A program made the translations under genes and the position numbers. Shown here piece by piece: positions 11,001 through 26,000 of a DNA stretch of 64,000 nucleotides. Under the pieces are notes generated by a model that did no database searches, had not been told where the DNA came from, and saw only the letters and a program-made list of their open reading frames with translations. The stretch's first letter is position 1. Every line of letters starts with the position of its first letter. This stretch comes from Schmidtea nova (taxonomy: Eukaryota), in assembly GCA_044892505.1 (NCBI GenBank), contig CM097882.1, positions 34,906,001 through 34,970,000 on the forward strand, read 5' to 3'.

Positions 11001-14000
11001 ATTATTCTTGAATTTTTGAAAAACGTATCATTTAATGTCTTGTATTATTCATAAAATATTAATGTGTAAAAATGTAATACTAATTCCATTCAATAAAGTA
11101 CAGAATTAAATAGAGTCTTTGTAACTCATGAGGTTGGTTTATGATAATTTGTATTAAAGAAAAAACGTTGTTAAACACAATTATAAATTATATAGCATTC
11201 GACAGTAATTTCTTTTGTGAATATATTTTGACAATATATTATTTTTATAGCCTTTTAGTAATTATAAAACAAACGTAGAAATTATTTACTAGATTTTAAA
11301 TTGTAATATAAAATCCAGTATATTTGGTTTTGAAAATAATAACATATTTAAACAATAATCACAATCTTGGAATATTAATTCGCTTATTCGTTATAAATAC
11401 TTTTTTAGACTATTGTCTTAATTTTAAACAGTATGATTTGATTGTATATATTCTATCAAGTTAAATTGATTTATTTGAATAATAATAAATTTAAATATTA
11501 TTCCAACTTGAAAATCATGTATGTACGTTTGCCTATCTAGTAAAACATACAAGCTTATAATGTAATGCTCACTTGAAAGTGAAGTTGATCGTGCTAAATA
11601 ATGATATCTTAATTTTTGTTGCAATAGAAAAAATCAAATGATTTATTTATCTTATTGAAATTTTGACAGAAAATTGATCGCGCAAAAATGATACATTACA
11701 TTTGCCGTTTCAAAATCTTTTCAAATATATTTGCTTTGCTACTTATAATTAATTATATTTAGTTAGTTAATTTAATTTATTTTAGCCAACCTAACATATA
11801 CTGTTACTATTACTCCTCAGTCAAGTACTCTAAGCTTTCTAGAAAATGATTCGATAGAATGCCAAATCGTACCGGTGCCTAATACAAACACCAGTCAAAT
11901 CGCCTTTTTCTTGACGAATATAAAATCAGACTATTATTTTAGAAACGATCTGATTATTCATATCAAGCCTAAAAAAGAATTGGTAAATACTCCTATTTGT
12001 GCTGTTTGTGGTAATATAGCAAACATGAACGCTACTCAATGCTATACTTTGATAGGTGAGTATGCATTGTTTTTTTGAAATTTATATATCTTTAATTATA
12101 TCTCAAATACTTTTCAATTCATTATTTCACTCAACGTTCACTCAGTAAATTCGTTCAAGTCAGTCAGGTATTTCTAATTTCTTTTCCAACAAAGGAAAAC
12201 GTATTAGGTTGGACTAAAAATAATTGCCGTTTTTAAATATAAATTATAAAACTTTGTATCTCAGGTTAGAATATGGTTTGTCAATAGAAATAAAAATCAT
12301 TCGAATCTACGCATTTTGCAAACAAGAAACAAGTTTACTTATTTCTTTAGCATAAAATTCTTGAGTTCTGGAATCAATGAATTCTTCGAAGGCTATTTTA
12401 GCTTCTGTTTGATTTTTTTCAAACATTCTCTTGTATGAAGAGTTCGATATGCTTGCAAAATTTGTTAGTCAGTTTTTGAGAGCTCTACTAAGAGAGCTGA
12501 AGAGGTAGAGTTTTGAAGCCCAGTTCGTTCAATTTCTGAAGAGTCACTTTTGCCACATGCGGTCGAGCGTTGTCATAGAAAAGTATCGGTCATTTTCCAT
12601 TGACTAATGATTGAAGTAAACGCTGAAATTCTTGGTGTATTTTGTCAATTTCATGGCAATGTACTTCGTTGCTGTTATAATTTCGTCAGAATCAAAGTAG
12701 TTGTGGAATATTAATCATCTTGCTGACCACCAAACATTGACCATAACCTTATATTGATGAAGATTTTGTAGTGGGAAAGGTTTTGGAGCTTTATCTACGC
12801 TGAGTCTCTGCAAGGAACGACGACCCTTGTCGCAGAGAATCGATGTTTCGTCACATGTCACACTACGAAAGAGAAATTATTGGTTTTGTTGCGCAAAAGA
12901 CCAGAGCAGACTTCTTAACGACAAAACCTTTGATTTTCGAATAATTCGTGCGACACCCATTCGTCGAGCTTTTTCGATTTTCCAATTTAATGTTAATGTC
13001 GAAAAATTATTAAATGACACACGTTCAGTTCTTATGAATGTTCTCGAGTAGTTTTGCGTAAGTCTGCTTCAATAATTTCCATCAATAAGTCGCCCACTAT
13101 CGCAAAAGGACGTCTGCAATCTCAATATCTATCAAGGCTCTCATCTTTACTACGACATCTTTGGATCAAATGCCGAGCTGTACGTTCATTGATCGACTCC
13201 TGGCTAAATGCTTGGATGATATTGCGAGAGGTTTCAGATGCATTATGGCCTAGTTTAAACTCTTACAATAAAATCGATCGAATTTGCACTTTTCTGTCTT
13301 TAATTAAAATAGAAAATATTTAACAAAAAATTTAATATATATAAAAAGAGGATTTTTAAATAAATAATCATATTAATATAATAACATTGATAAGAAAATA
13401 GGGTGTCAAAGTGAAAACGAATAAAAACGGTATTTATTTTTGTCCAACTTAATACTTTGCTATTATTCTTTACTTTCATTATAATTGTCAATCCTATCAT
13501 ATTATTCTTGAATTTTTGAAAAACGTATCATTTAATGTCTTGTATTATTCATAAAATATTAATGTGTAAAAATGTAATACTAATTCCATTCAATAAAGTA
13601 CAGAATTAAATAGAGTCTTTGTAACTCATGAGGTTGGTTTATGATAATTTGTATTAAAGAAAAAACGTTGTTAAACACAATTATAAATTATATAGCATTC
13701 GACAGTAATTTCTTTTGTGAATATATTTTGACAATATATTATTTTTATAGCCTTTTAGTAATTATAAAACAAACGTAGAAATTATTTACTAGATTTTAAA
13801 TTGTAATATAAAATCCAGTATATTTGGTTTTGAAAATAATAACATATTTAAACAATAATCACAATCTTGGAATATTAATTCGCTTATTCGTTATAAATAC
13901 TTTTTTAGACTATTGTCTTAATTTTAAACAGTATGATTTGATTGTATATATTCTATCAAGTTAAATTGATTTATTTGAATAATAATAAATTTAAATATTA

Positions 14001-17000
14001 TTCCAACTTGAAAATCATGTATGTACGTTTGCCTATCTAGTAAAACATACAAGCTTATAATGTAATGCTCACTTGAAAGTGAAGTTGATCGTGCTAAATA
14101 ATGATATCTTAATTTTTGTTGCAATAGAAAAAATCAAATGATTTATTTATCTTATTGAAATTTTGACAGAAAATTGATCGCGCAAAAATGATACATTACA
14201 TTTGCCGTTTCAAAATCTTTTCAAATATATTTGCTTTGCTACTTATAATTAATTATATTTAGTTAGTTAATTTAATTTATTTTAGCCAACCTAACATATA
14301 CTGTTACTATTACTCCTCAGTCAAGTACTCTAAGCTTTCTAGAAAATGATTCGATAGAATGCCAAATCGTACCGGTGCCTAATACAAACACCAGTCAAAT
14401 CGCCTTTTTCTTGACGAATATAAAATCAGACTATTATTTTAGAAACGATCTGATTATTCATATCAAGCCTAAAAAAGAATTGGTAAATACTCCTATTTGT
14501 GCTGTTTGTGGTAATATAGCAAACATGAACGCTACTCAATGCTATACTTTGATAGGTGAGTATGCATTGTTTTTTTGAAATTTATATATCTTTAATTATA
14601 TCTCAAATACTTTTCAATTCATTATTTCACTCAACGTTCACTCAGTAAATTCGTTCAAGTCAGTCAGGTATTTCTAATTTCTTTTCCAACAAAGGAAAAC
14701 GTATTAGGTTGGACTAAAAATAATTGCCGTTTTTAAATATAAATTATAAAACTTTGTATCTCAGGTTAGAATATGGTTTGTCAATAGAAATAAAAATCAT
14801 TCGAATCTACGCATTTTGCAAACAAGAAACAAGTTTACTTATTTCTTTAGCATAAAATTCTTGAGTTCTGGAATCAATGAATTCTTCGAAGGCTATTTTA
14901 GCTTCTGTTTGATTTTTTTCAAACATTCTCTTGTATGAAGAGTTCGATATGCTTGCAAAATTTGTTAGTCAGTTTTTGAGAGCTCTACTAAGAGAGCTGA
15001 AGAGGTAGAGTTTTGAAGCCCAGTTCGTTCAATTTCTGAAGAGTCACTTTTGCCACATGCGGTCGAGCGTTGTCATAGAAAAGTATCGGTCATTTTCCAT
15101 TGACTAATGATTGAAGTAAACGCTGAAATTCTTGGTGTATTTTGTCAATTTCATGGCAATGTACTTCGTTGCTGTTATAATTTCGTCAGAATCAAAGTAG
15201 TTGTGGAATATTAATCATCTTGCTGACCACCAAACATTGACCATAACCTTATATTGATGAAGATTTTGTAGTGGGAAAGGTTTTGGAGCTTTATCTACGC
15301 TGAGTCTCTGCAAGGAACGACGACCCTTGTCGCAGAGAATCGATGTTTCGTCACATGTCACACTACGAAAGAGAAATTATTGGTTTTGTTGCGCAAAAGA
15401 CCAGAGCAGACTTCTTAACGACAAAACCTTTGATTTTCGAATAATTCGTGCGACACCCATTCGTCGAGCTTTTTCGATTTTCCAATTTAATGTTAATGTC
15501 GAAAAATTATTAAATGACACACGTTCAGTTCTTATGAATGTTCTCGAGTAGTTTTGCGTAAGTCTGCTTCAATAATTTCCATCAATAAGTCGCCCACTAT
15601 CGCAAAAGGACGTCTGCAATCTCAATATCTATCAAGGCTCTCATCTTTACTACGACATCTTTGGATCAAATGCCGAGCTGTAGGTTCATTGATCGACTCC
15701 TGGCTAAATGCTTGGATGATATTGCGAGAGGTTTCAGATGCATTATGGCCTAGTTTAAACTCTTACAATAAAATCGATCGAATTTGCACTTTTCTGTCTT
15801 TAATTAAAATAGAAAATATTTAACAAAAAATTTAATATATATAAAAAGAGGATTTTTAAATAAATAATCATATTAATATAATAACATTGATAAGAAAATA
15901 GGGTGTCAAAGTGAAAACGAATAAAAACGGTATTTATTTTTGTCCAACTTAATACTTTGCTATTATTCTTTACTTTCATTATAATTGTCAATCCTATCAT
16001 ATTATTCTTGAATTTTTGAAAAACGTATCATTTAATGTCTTGTATTATTCATAAAATATTAATGTGTAAAAATGTAATACTAATTCCATTCAATAAAGTA
16101 CAGAATTAAATAGAGTCTTTGTAACTCATGAGGTTGGTTTATGATAATTTGTATTAAAGAAAAAACGTTGTTAAACACAATTATAAATTATATAGCATTC
16201 GACAGTAATTTCTTTTGTGAATATATTTTGACAATATATTATTTTTATAGCCTTTTAGTAATTATAAAACAAACGTAGAAATTATTTACTAGATTTTAAA
16301 TTGTAATATAAAATCCAGTATATTTGGTTTTGAAAATAATAACATATTTAAACAATAATCACAATCTTGGAATATTAATTCGCTTATTCGTTATAAATAC
16401 TTTTTTAGACTATTGTCTTAATTTTAAACAGTATGATTTGATTGTATATATTCTATCAAGTTAAATTGATTTATTTGAATAATAATAAATTTAAATATTA
16501 TTCCAACTTGAAAATCATGTATGTACGTTTGCCTATCTAGTAAAACATACAAGCTTATAATGTAATGCTCACTTGAAAGTGAAGTTGATCGTGCTAAATA
16601 ATGATATCTTAATTTTTGTTGCAATAGAAAAAATCAAATGATTTATTTATCTTATTGAAATTTTGACAGAAAATTGATCGCGCAAAAATGATACATTACA
16701 TTTGCCGTTTCAAAATCTTTTCAAATATATTTGCTTTGCTACTTATAATTAATTATATTTAGTTAGTTAATTTAATTTATTTTAGCCAACCTAACATATA
16801 CTGTTACTATTACTCCTCAGTCAAGTACTCTAAGCTTTCTAGAAAATGATTCGATAGAATGCCAAATCGTACCGGTGCCTAATACAAACACCAGTCAAAT
16901 CGCCTTTTTCTTGACGAATATAAAATCAGACTATTATTTTAGAAACGATCTGATTATTCATATCAAGCCTAAAAAAGAATTGGTAAATACTCCTATTTGT

Positions 17001-20000
17001 GCTGTTTGTGGTAATATAGCAAACATGAACGCTACTCAATGCTATACTTTGATAGGTGAGTATGCATTGTTTTTTTGAAATTTATATATCTTTAATTATA
17101 TCTCAAATACTTTTCAATTCATTATTTCACTCAACGTTCACTCAGTAAATTCGTTCAAGTCAGTCAGGTATTTCTAATTTCTTTTCCAACAAAGGAAAAC
17201 GTATTAGGTTGGACTAAAAATAATTGCCGTTTTTAAATATAAATTATAAAACTTTGTATCTCAGGTTAGAATATGGTTTGTCAATAGAAATAAAAATCAT
17301 TCGAATCTACGCATTTTGCAAACAAGAAACAAGTTTACTTATTTCTTTAGCATAAAATTCTTGAGTTCTGGAATCAATGAATTCTTCGAAGGCTATTTTA
17401 GCTTCTGTTTGATTTTTTTCAAACATTCTCTTGTATGAAGAGTTCGATATGCTTGCAAAATTTGTTAGTCAGTTTTTGAGAGCTCTACTAAGAGAGCTGA
17501 AGAGGTAGAGTTTTGAAGCCCAGTTCGTTCAATTTCTGAAGAGTCACTTTTGCCACATGCGGTCGAGCGTTGTCATAGAAAAGTATCGGTCATTTTCCAT
17601 TGACTAATGATTGAAGTAAACGCTGAAATTCTTGGTGTATTTTGTCAATTTCATGGCAATGTACTTCGTTGCTGTTATAATTTCGTCAGAATCAAAGTAG
17701 TTGTGGAATATTAATCATCTTGCTGACCACCAAACATTGACCATAACCTTATATTGATGAAGATTTTGTAGTGGGAAAGGTTTTGGAGCTTTATCTACGC
17801 TGAGTCTCTGCAAGGAACGACGACCCTTGTCGCAGAGAATCGATGTTTCGTCACATGTCACACTACGAAAGAGAAATTATTGGTTTTGTTGCGCAAAAGA
17901 CCAGAGCAGACTTCTTAACGACAAAACCTTTGATTTTCGAATAATTCGTGCGACACCCATTCGTCGAGCTTTTTCGATTTTCCAATTTAATGTTAATGTC
18001 GAAAAATTATTAAATGACACACGTTCAGTTCTTATGAATGTTCTCGAGTAGTTTTGCGTAAGTCTGCTTCAATAATTTCCATCAATAAGTCGCCCACTAT
18101 CGCAAAAGGACGTCTGCAATCTCAATATCTATCAAGGCTCTCATCTTTACTACGACATCTTTGGATCAAATGCCGAGCTGTAGGTTCATTGATCGACTCC
18201 TGGCTAAATGCTTGGATGATATTGCGAGAGGTTTCAGATGCATTATGGCCTAGTTTAAACTCTTACAATAAAATCGATCGAATTTGCACTTTTCTGTCTT
18301 TAATTAAAATAGAAAATATTTAACAAAAAATTTAATATATATAAAAAGAGGATTTTTAAATAAATAATCATATTAATATAATAACATTGATAAGAAAATA
18401 GGGTGTCAAAGTGAAAACGAATAAAAACGGTATTTATTTTTGTCCAACTTAATACTTTGCTATTATTCTTTACTTTCATTATAATTGTCAATCCTATCAT
18501 ATTATTCTTGAATTTTTGAAAAACGTATCATTTAATGTCTTGTATTATTCATAAAATATTAATGTGTAAAAATGTAATACTAATTCCATTCAATAAAGTA
18601 CAGAATTAAATAGAGTCTTTGTAACTCATGAGGTTGGTTTATGATAATTTGTATTAAAGAAAAAACGTTGTTAAACACAATTATAAATTATATAGCATTC
18701 GACAGTAATTTCTTTTGTGAATATATTTTGACAATATATTATTTTTATAGCCTTTTAGTAATTATAAAACAAACGTAGAAATTATTTACTAGATTTTAAA
18801 TTGTAATATAAAATCCAGTATATTTGGTTTTGAAAATAATAACATATTTAAACAATAATCACAATCTTGGAATATTAATTCGCTTATTCGTTATAAATAC
18901 TTTTTTAGACTATTGTCTTAATTTTAAACAGTATGATTTGATTGTATATATTCTATCAAGTTAAATTGATTTATTTGAATAATAATAAATTTAAATATTA
19001 TTCCAACTTGAAAATCATGTATGTACGTTTGCCTATCTAGTAAAACATACAAGCTTATAATGTAATGCTCACTTGAAAGTGAAGTTGATCGTGCTAAATA
19101 ATGATATCTTAATTTTTGTTGCAATAGAAAAAATCAAATGATTTATTTATCTTATTGAAATTTTGACAGAAAATTGATCGCGCAAAAATGATACATTACA
19201 TTTGCCGTTTCAAAATCTTTTCAAATATATTTGCTTTGCTACTTATAATTAATTATATTTAGTTAGTTAATTTAATTTATTTTAGCCAACCTAACATATA
19301 CTGTTACTATTACTCCTCAGTCAAGTACTCTAAGCTTTCTAGAAAATGATTCGATAGAATGCCAAATCGTACCGGTGCCTAATACAAACACCAGTCAAAT
19401 CGCCTTTTTCTTGACGAATATAAAATCAGACTATTATTTTAGAAACGATCTGATTATTCATATCAAGCCTAAAAAAGAATTGGTAAATACTCCTATTTGT
19501 GCTGTTTGTGGTAATATAGCAAACATGAACGCTACTCAATGCTATACTTTGATAGGTGAGTATGCATTGTTTTTTTGAAATTTATATATCTTTAATTATA
19601 TCTCAAATACTTTTCAATTCATTATTTCACTCAACGTTCACTCAGTAAATTCGTTCAAGTCAGTCAGGTATTTCTAATTTCTTTTCCAACAAAGGAAAAC
19701 GTATTAGGTTGGACTAAAAATAATTGCCGTTTTTAAATATAAATTATAAAACTTTGTATCTCAGGTTAGAATATGGTTTGTCAATAGAAATAAAAATCAT
19801 TCGAATCTACGCATTTTGCAAACAAGAAACAAGTTTACTTATTTCTTTAGCATAAAATTCTTGAGTTCTGGAATCAATGAATTCTTCGAAGGCTATTTTA
19901 GCTTCTGTTTGATTTTTTTCAAACATTCTCTTGTATGAAGAGTTCGATATGCTTGCAAAATTTGTTAGTCAGTTTTTGAGAGCTCTACTAAGAGAGCTGA

Positions 20001-23000
20001 AGAGGTAGAGTTTTGAAGCCCAGTTCGTTCAATTTCTGAAGAGTCACTTTTGCCACATGCGGTCGAGCGTTGTCATAGAGAAGTATCGGTCATTTTCCAT
20101 TGACTAATGATTGAAGTAAACGCTGAAATTCTTGGTGTATTTTGTCAATTTCATGGCAATGTACTTCGTTGCTGTTATAATTTCGTCAGAATCAAAGTAG
20201 TTGTGGAATATTAATCATCTTGCTGACCACCAAACATTGACCATAACCTTATATTGATGAAGATTTTGTAGTGGGAAAGGTTTTGGAGCTTTATCTACGC
20301 TGAGTCTCTGCAAGGAACGACGACCCTTGTCGCAGAGAATCGATGTTTCGTCACATGTCACACTACAAAAGAGAAATTATTGGTTTTGTTGCGCAAAAGA
20401 CCAGAGCAGACTTCTTAACGACAAAACCTTTGATTTTCGAATAATTCGTGCGACACCCATTCGTCGAGCTTTTTCGATTTTCCAATTTAATGTTAATGTC
20501 GAAAAATTATTAAATGACACACGTTCAGTTCTTATGAATGTTCTCGAGTAGTTTTGCGTAAGTCTGCTTCAATAATTTCCATCAATAAGTCGCCCACTAT
20601 CGCAAAAGGACGTCTGCAATCTCAATATCTATCAAGGCTCTCATCTTTACTACGACATCTTTGGATCAAATGCCGAGCTGTACGTTCATTGATCGACTCC
20701 TGGCTAAATGCTTGGATGATATTGCGAGAGGTTTCAGATGCATTATGGCCTAGTTTAAACTCTTACAATAAAATCGATCGAATTTGCACTTTTCTGTCTT
20801 TAATTAAAATAGAAAATATTTAACAAAAAATTTAATATATATAAAAAGAGGATTTTTAAATAAATAATCATATTAATATAATAACATTGATAAAAAAATA
20901 GGGTGTCAAAGTGAAAACGAATAAAAACGGTATTTATTTTTGTCCAACTTAATACTTTGCTATTATTCTTTACTTTCATTATAATTGTCAATCCTATCAT
21001 ATTATTCTTGAATTTTTGAAAAACGTATCATTTAATGTCTTGTATTATTCATAAAATATTAATGTGTAAAAATGTAATACTAATTCCATTCAATAAAGTA
21101 CAGAATTAAATAGAGTCTTTGTAACTCATGAGGTTGGTTTATGATAATTTGTATTAAAGAAAAAACGTTGTTAAACACAATTATAAATTATATAGCATTC
21201 GACAGTAATTGTCTTTCGTGAATATATTTTGACAATATATTATTTTTATAGCCTTTTAGTAATTATAAAACAAACGTAGAAATTATTTACTAGATTTTAA
21301 ATTGTAATATAAAATCCAGTATATTTGGTTTTGAAAATAATAACATATTTAAACAATAATCACAATCTTGGAATATTAATTCGCTTATTCGTTATAAATA
21401 CTTTTTTAGACTTTTGTCTTAATTTTAAACAGTATGATTTGATTGTATATATTCTATCAAGTTAAATTGATTTATTTGAATAATAATAAATTTAAATATT
21501 ATTCCAACTTGAAAATCATGTATGTACGTTTGCCTATCTAGTAAAACATACAAGCTTATAATGTAATGCTCACTTGAAAGTGAAGTTGATCGTGCTAAAT
21601 AATGATATCTTAATTTTTGTTGCAATAGAAAAAATCAAATGATTTATTTATCTTATTGAAATTTTGACAGAAAATTGATCGCGCAAAAATGATACATTAC
21701 ATTTGCCGTTTCAAAATCTTTTCAAATATATTTGCTTTGCTACTTATAATTAATTATATTTAGTTAGTTAATTTAATTTATTTTAGCCAACCTAACATAT
21801 ACTGTTACTATTACTCCTCAGTCAAGTACTCTAAGCTTTCTAGAAAATGATTCGATAGAATGCCAAATCGTACCGGTGCCTAATACAAACACCAGTCAAA
21901 TCGCCTTTTTCTTGACGAATATAAAATCAGACTATTATTTTAGAAACGATCTGATTATTCATATCAAGCCTAAAAAAGAATTGGTAAATACTCCTATTTG
22001 TGCTGTTTGTGGTAATATAGCAAACATGAACGCTACTCAATGCTATACTTTGATAGGTGAGTATGCATTGTTTTTTTGAAATTTATATATCTTTAATTAT
22101 ATCTCAAATACTATTCAATTCATTATTTCACTCAACGTTCACTCAGTAAATTCGTTCAAGTCAGTCAGGTATTTCTAATTTCTTTTCCAACAAAGGAAAA
22201 CGTATTAGGTTGGACTAAAAATAATTGCCGTTTTTAAATATAAATTATAAAACTTTGTATCTCAGGTTAGAATATGGTTTGTCAATAGAAATAAAAATCA
22301 TTCGAATCTACGCATTTTGCAAACAAGAAACAAGTTTACTTATTTCTTTAGCATAAAATTCTTGAGTTCTGGAATCAATGAATTCTTCGAAGGCTATTTT
22401 AGCTTCTGTTTGATTTTTTTCAAACATTCTCTTGTATGAAGAGTTCGATATGCTTGCAAAATTTGTTAGTAAGTTTTTGAGAGCTCTACTAAGAGAGTTG
22501 AAGAGGTAGAGTTTTGAAGCCCAGTTCGTTCAATTTCTGAAGAGTCACTTTTGCCACATGCGGTCGAGCGTTGTCATAGAGAAGTATCGGTCATTTTCCA
22601 TTGACTAATGATTGAAGTAAACGCTGAAATTCTTGGTGTATTTTGTCAATTTCATGGCAATGTACTTCGTTGCTGTTATAATTTCGTCAGAATCAAAGTA
22701 GTTGTGGAATATTAATCATCTTGCTGACCACCAAACATTGACCATAACCTTATATTGATGAAGATTTTGTAGTGGGAAAGGTTTTGGAGCTTTATCTACG
22801 CTGAGTCTCTGCAAGGAACGACGACCCTTGTCGCAGAGAATCGATGTTTCGTCACATGTCACACTACGAAAGAGAAATTATTGGTTTTGTTGTGCAAAAG
22901 ACCAGAGCAGACTTCTTAACGACAAAACCTTTGATTTTCGAATAATTCGTGCGACACCCATTCGTCGAGCTTTTTCGATTTTCCAATTTAATGTTAATGT

Positions 23001-26000
23001 CGAAAAATTATAAAATGACACACGTTCAGTTCTTATGAATGTTCTCGAGTTGTTTTGCGTAAGTCTGCTTCAATAATTTCCATCAATAAGTCGCCCACTA
23101 TCGCAAAAGGACGTCTGCAATCTCAATATCTATCAAGGCTCTCATCTTTACTACGACATCTTTGGATCAAATGCCGAGCTGTACGTTCATTGATCGACTC
23201 CTGGCTAAATGCTTGGATGATATTGCGAGAGGTTTCAGATGCATTATGGCCTAGTTTAAACTCTTACAATAAAATCGATCGAATTTGCACTTTTCTGTCT
23301 TTAATTAAAATAGAAAATATTTAACAAAAAATTTAATATATATAAAAAGAGGATTTTTAAATAAATAATCATATTAATATAATAACATTGATAAAAAAAT
23401 AGGGTGTCAAAGTGAAAACGAATAAAAACGGTATTTATTTTTGTCCAACTTAATACTTTGCTATTATTCTTTACTTTCATTATAATTGTCAATCCTATCA
23501 TATTATTCTTGAATTTTTGAAAAACGTATCATTTAATGTCTTGTATTATTCATAAAATATTAATGTGTAAAAATGTAATACTAATTCCATTCAATAAAGT
23601 ACAGAATTAAATAGAGTCTTTGTAACTCATGAGGTTGGTTTATGATAATTTGTATTAAAGAAAAAACGTTGTTAAACACAATTATAAATTATATAGCATT
23701 CGACAGTAATTGTCTTTCGTGAATATATTTTGACAATATATTATTTTTATAGCCTTTTAGTAATTATAAAACAAACGTAGAAATTATTTACTAGATTTTA
23801 AATTGTAATATAAAATCCAGTATATTTGGTTTTGAAAATAATAACATATTTAAACAATAATCACAATCTTGGAATATTAATTCGCTTATTCGTTATAAAT
23901 ACTTTTTTAGACTTTTGTCTTAATTTTAAACAGTATGATTTGATTGTATATATTCTATCAAGTTAAATTGATTTATTTGAATAATAATAAATTTAAATAT
24001 TATTCCAACTTGAAAATCATGTATGTACGTTTGCCTATCTAGTAAAACATACAAGCTTATAATGTAATGCTCACTTGAAAGTGAAGTTGATCGTGCTAAA
24101 TAATGATATCTTAATTTTTGTTGCAATAGAAAAAATCAAATGATTTATTTATCTTATTGAAATTTTGACAGAAAATTGATCGCGCAAAAATGATACATTA
24201 CATTTGCCGTTTCAAAATCTTTTCAAATATATTTGCTTTGCTACTTATAATTAATTATATTTAGTTAGTTAATTTAATTTATTTTAGCCAACCTAACATA
24301 TACTGTTACTATTACTCCTCAGTCAAGTACTCTAAGCTTTCTAGAAAATGATTCGATAGAATGCCAAATCGTACCGGTGCCTAATACAAACACCAGTCAA
24401 ATCGCCTTTTTCTTGACGAATATAAAATCAGACTATTATTTTAGAAACGATCTGATTATTCATATCAAGCCTAAAAAAGAATTGGTAAATACTCCTATTT
24501 GTGCTGTTTGTGGTAATATAGCAAACATGAACGCTACTCAATGCTATACTTTGATAGGTGAGTATGCATTGTTTTTTTGAAATTTATATATCTTTAATTA
24601 TATCTCAAATACTATTCAATTCATTATTTCACTCAACGTTCACTCAGTAAATTCGTTCAAGTCAGTCAGGTATTTCTAATTTCTTTTCCAACAAAGGAAA
24701 ACGTATTAGGTTGGACTAAAAATAATTGCCGTTTTTAAATATAAATTATAAAACTTTGTATCTCAGGTTAGAATATGGTTTGTCAATAGAAATAAAAATC
24801 ATTCGAATCTACGCATTTTGCAAACAAGAAACAAGTTTACTTATTTCTTTAGCATAAAATTCTTGAGTTCTGGAATCAATGAATTCTTCGAAGGCTATTT
24901 TAGCTTCTGTTTGATTTTTTTCAAACATTCTCTTGTATGAAGAGTTCGATATGCTTGCAAAATTTGTTAGTAAGTTTTTGAGAGCTCTACTAAGAGAGTT
25001 GAAGAGGTAGAGTTTTGAAGCCCAGTTCGTTCAATTTCTGAAGAGTCACTTTTGCCACATGCGGTCGAGCGTTGTCATAGAGAAGTATCGGTCATTTTCC
25101 ATTGACTAATGATTGAAGTAAACGCTGAAATTCTTGGTGTATTTTGTCAATTTCATGGCAATGTACTTCGTTGCTGTTATAATTTCGTCAGAATCAAAGT
25201 AGTTGTGGAATATTAATCATCTTGCTGACCACCAAACATTGACCATAACCTTATATTGATGAAGATTTTGTAGTGGGAAAGGTTTTGGAGCTTTATCTAC
25301 GCTGAGTCTCTGCAAGGAACGACGACCCTTGTCGCAGAGAATCGATGTTTCGTCACATGTCACACTACGAAAGAGAAATTATTGGTTTTGTTGTGCAAAA
25401 GACCAGAGCAGACTTCTTAACGACAAAACCTTTGATTTTCGAATAATTCGTGCGACACCCATTCGTCGAGCTTTTTCGATTTTCCAATTTAATGTTAATG
25501 TCGAAAAATTATAAAATGACACACGTTCAGTTCTTATGAATGTTCTCGAGTTGTTTTGCGTAAGTCTGCTTCAATAATTTCCATCAATAAGTCGCCCACT
25601 ATCGCAAAAGGACGTCTGCAATCTCAATATCTATCAAGGCTCTCATCTTTACTACGACATCTTTGGATCAAATGCCGAGCTGTACGTTCATTGATCGACT
25701 CCTGGCTAAATGCTTGGATGATATTGCGAGAGGTTTCAGATGCATTATGGCCTAGTTTAAACTCTTACAATAAAATCGATCGAATTTGCACTTTTCTGTC
25801 TTTAATTAAAATAGAAAATATTTAACAAAAAATTTAATATATATAAAAAGAGGATTTTTAAATAAATAATCATATTAATATAATAACATTGATAAAAAAA
25901 TAGGGTGTCAAAGTGAAAACGAATAAAAACGGTATTTATTTTTGTCCAACTTAATACTTTGCTATTATTCTTTACTTTCATTATAATTGTCAATCCTATC

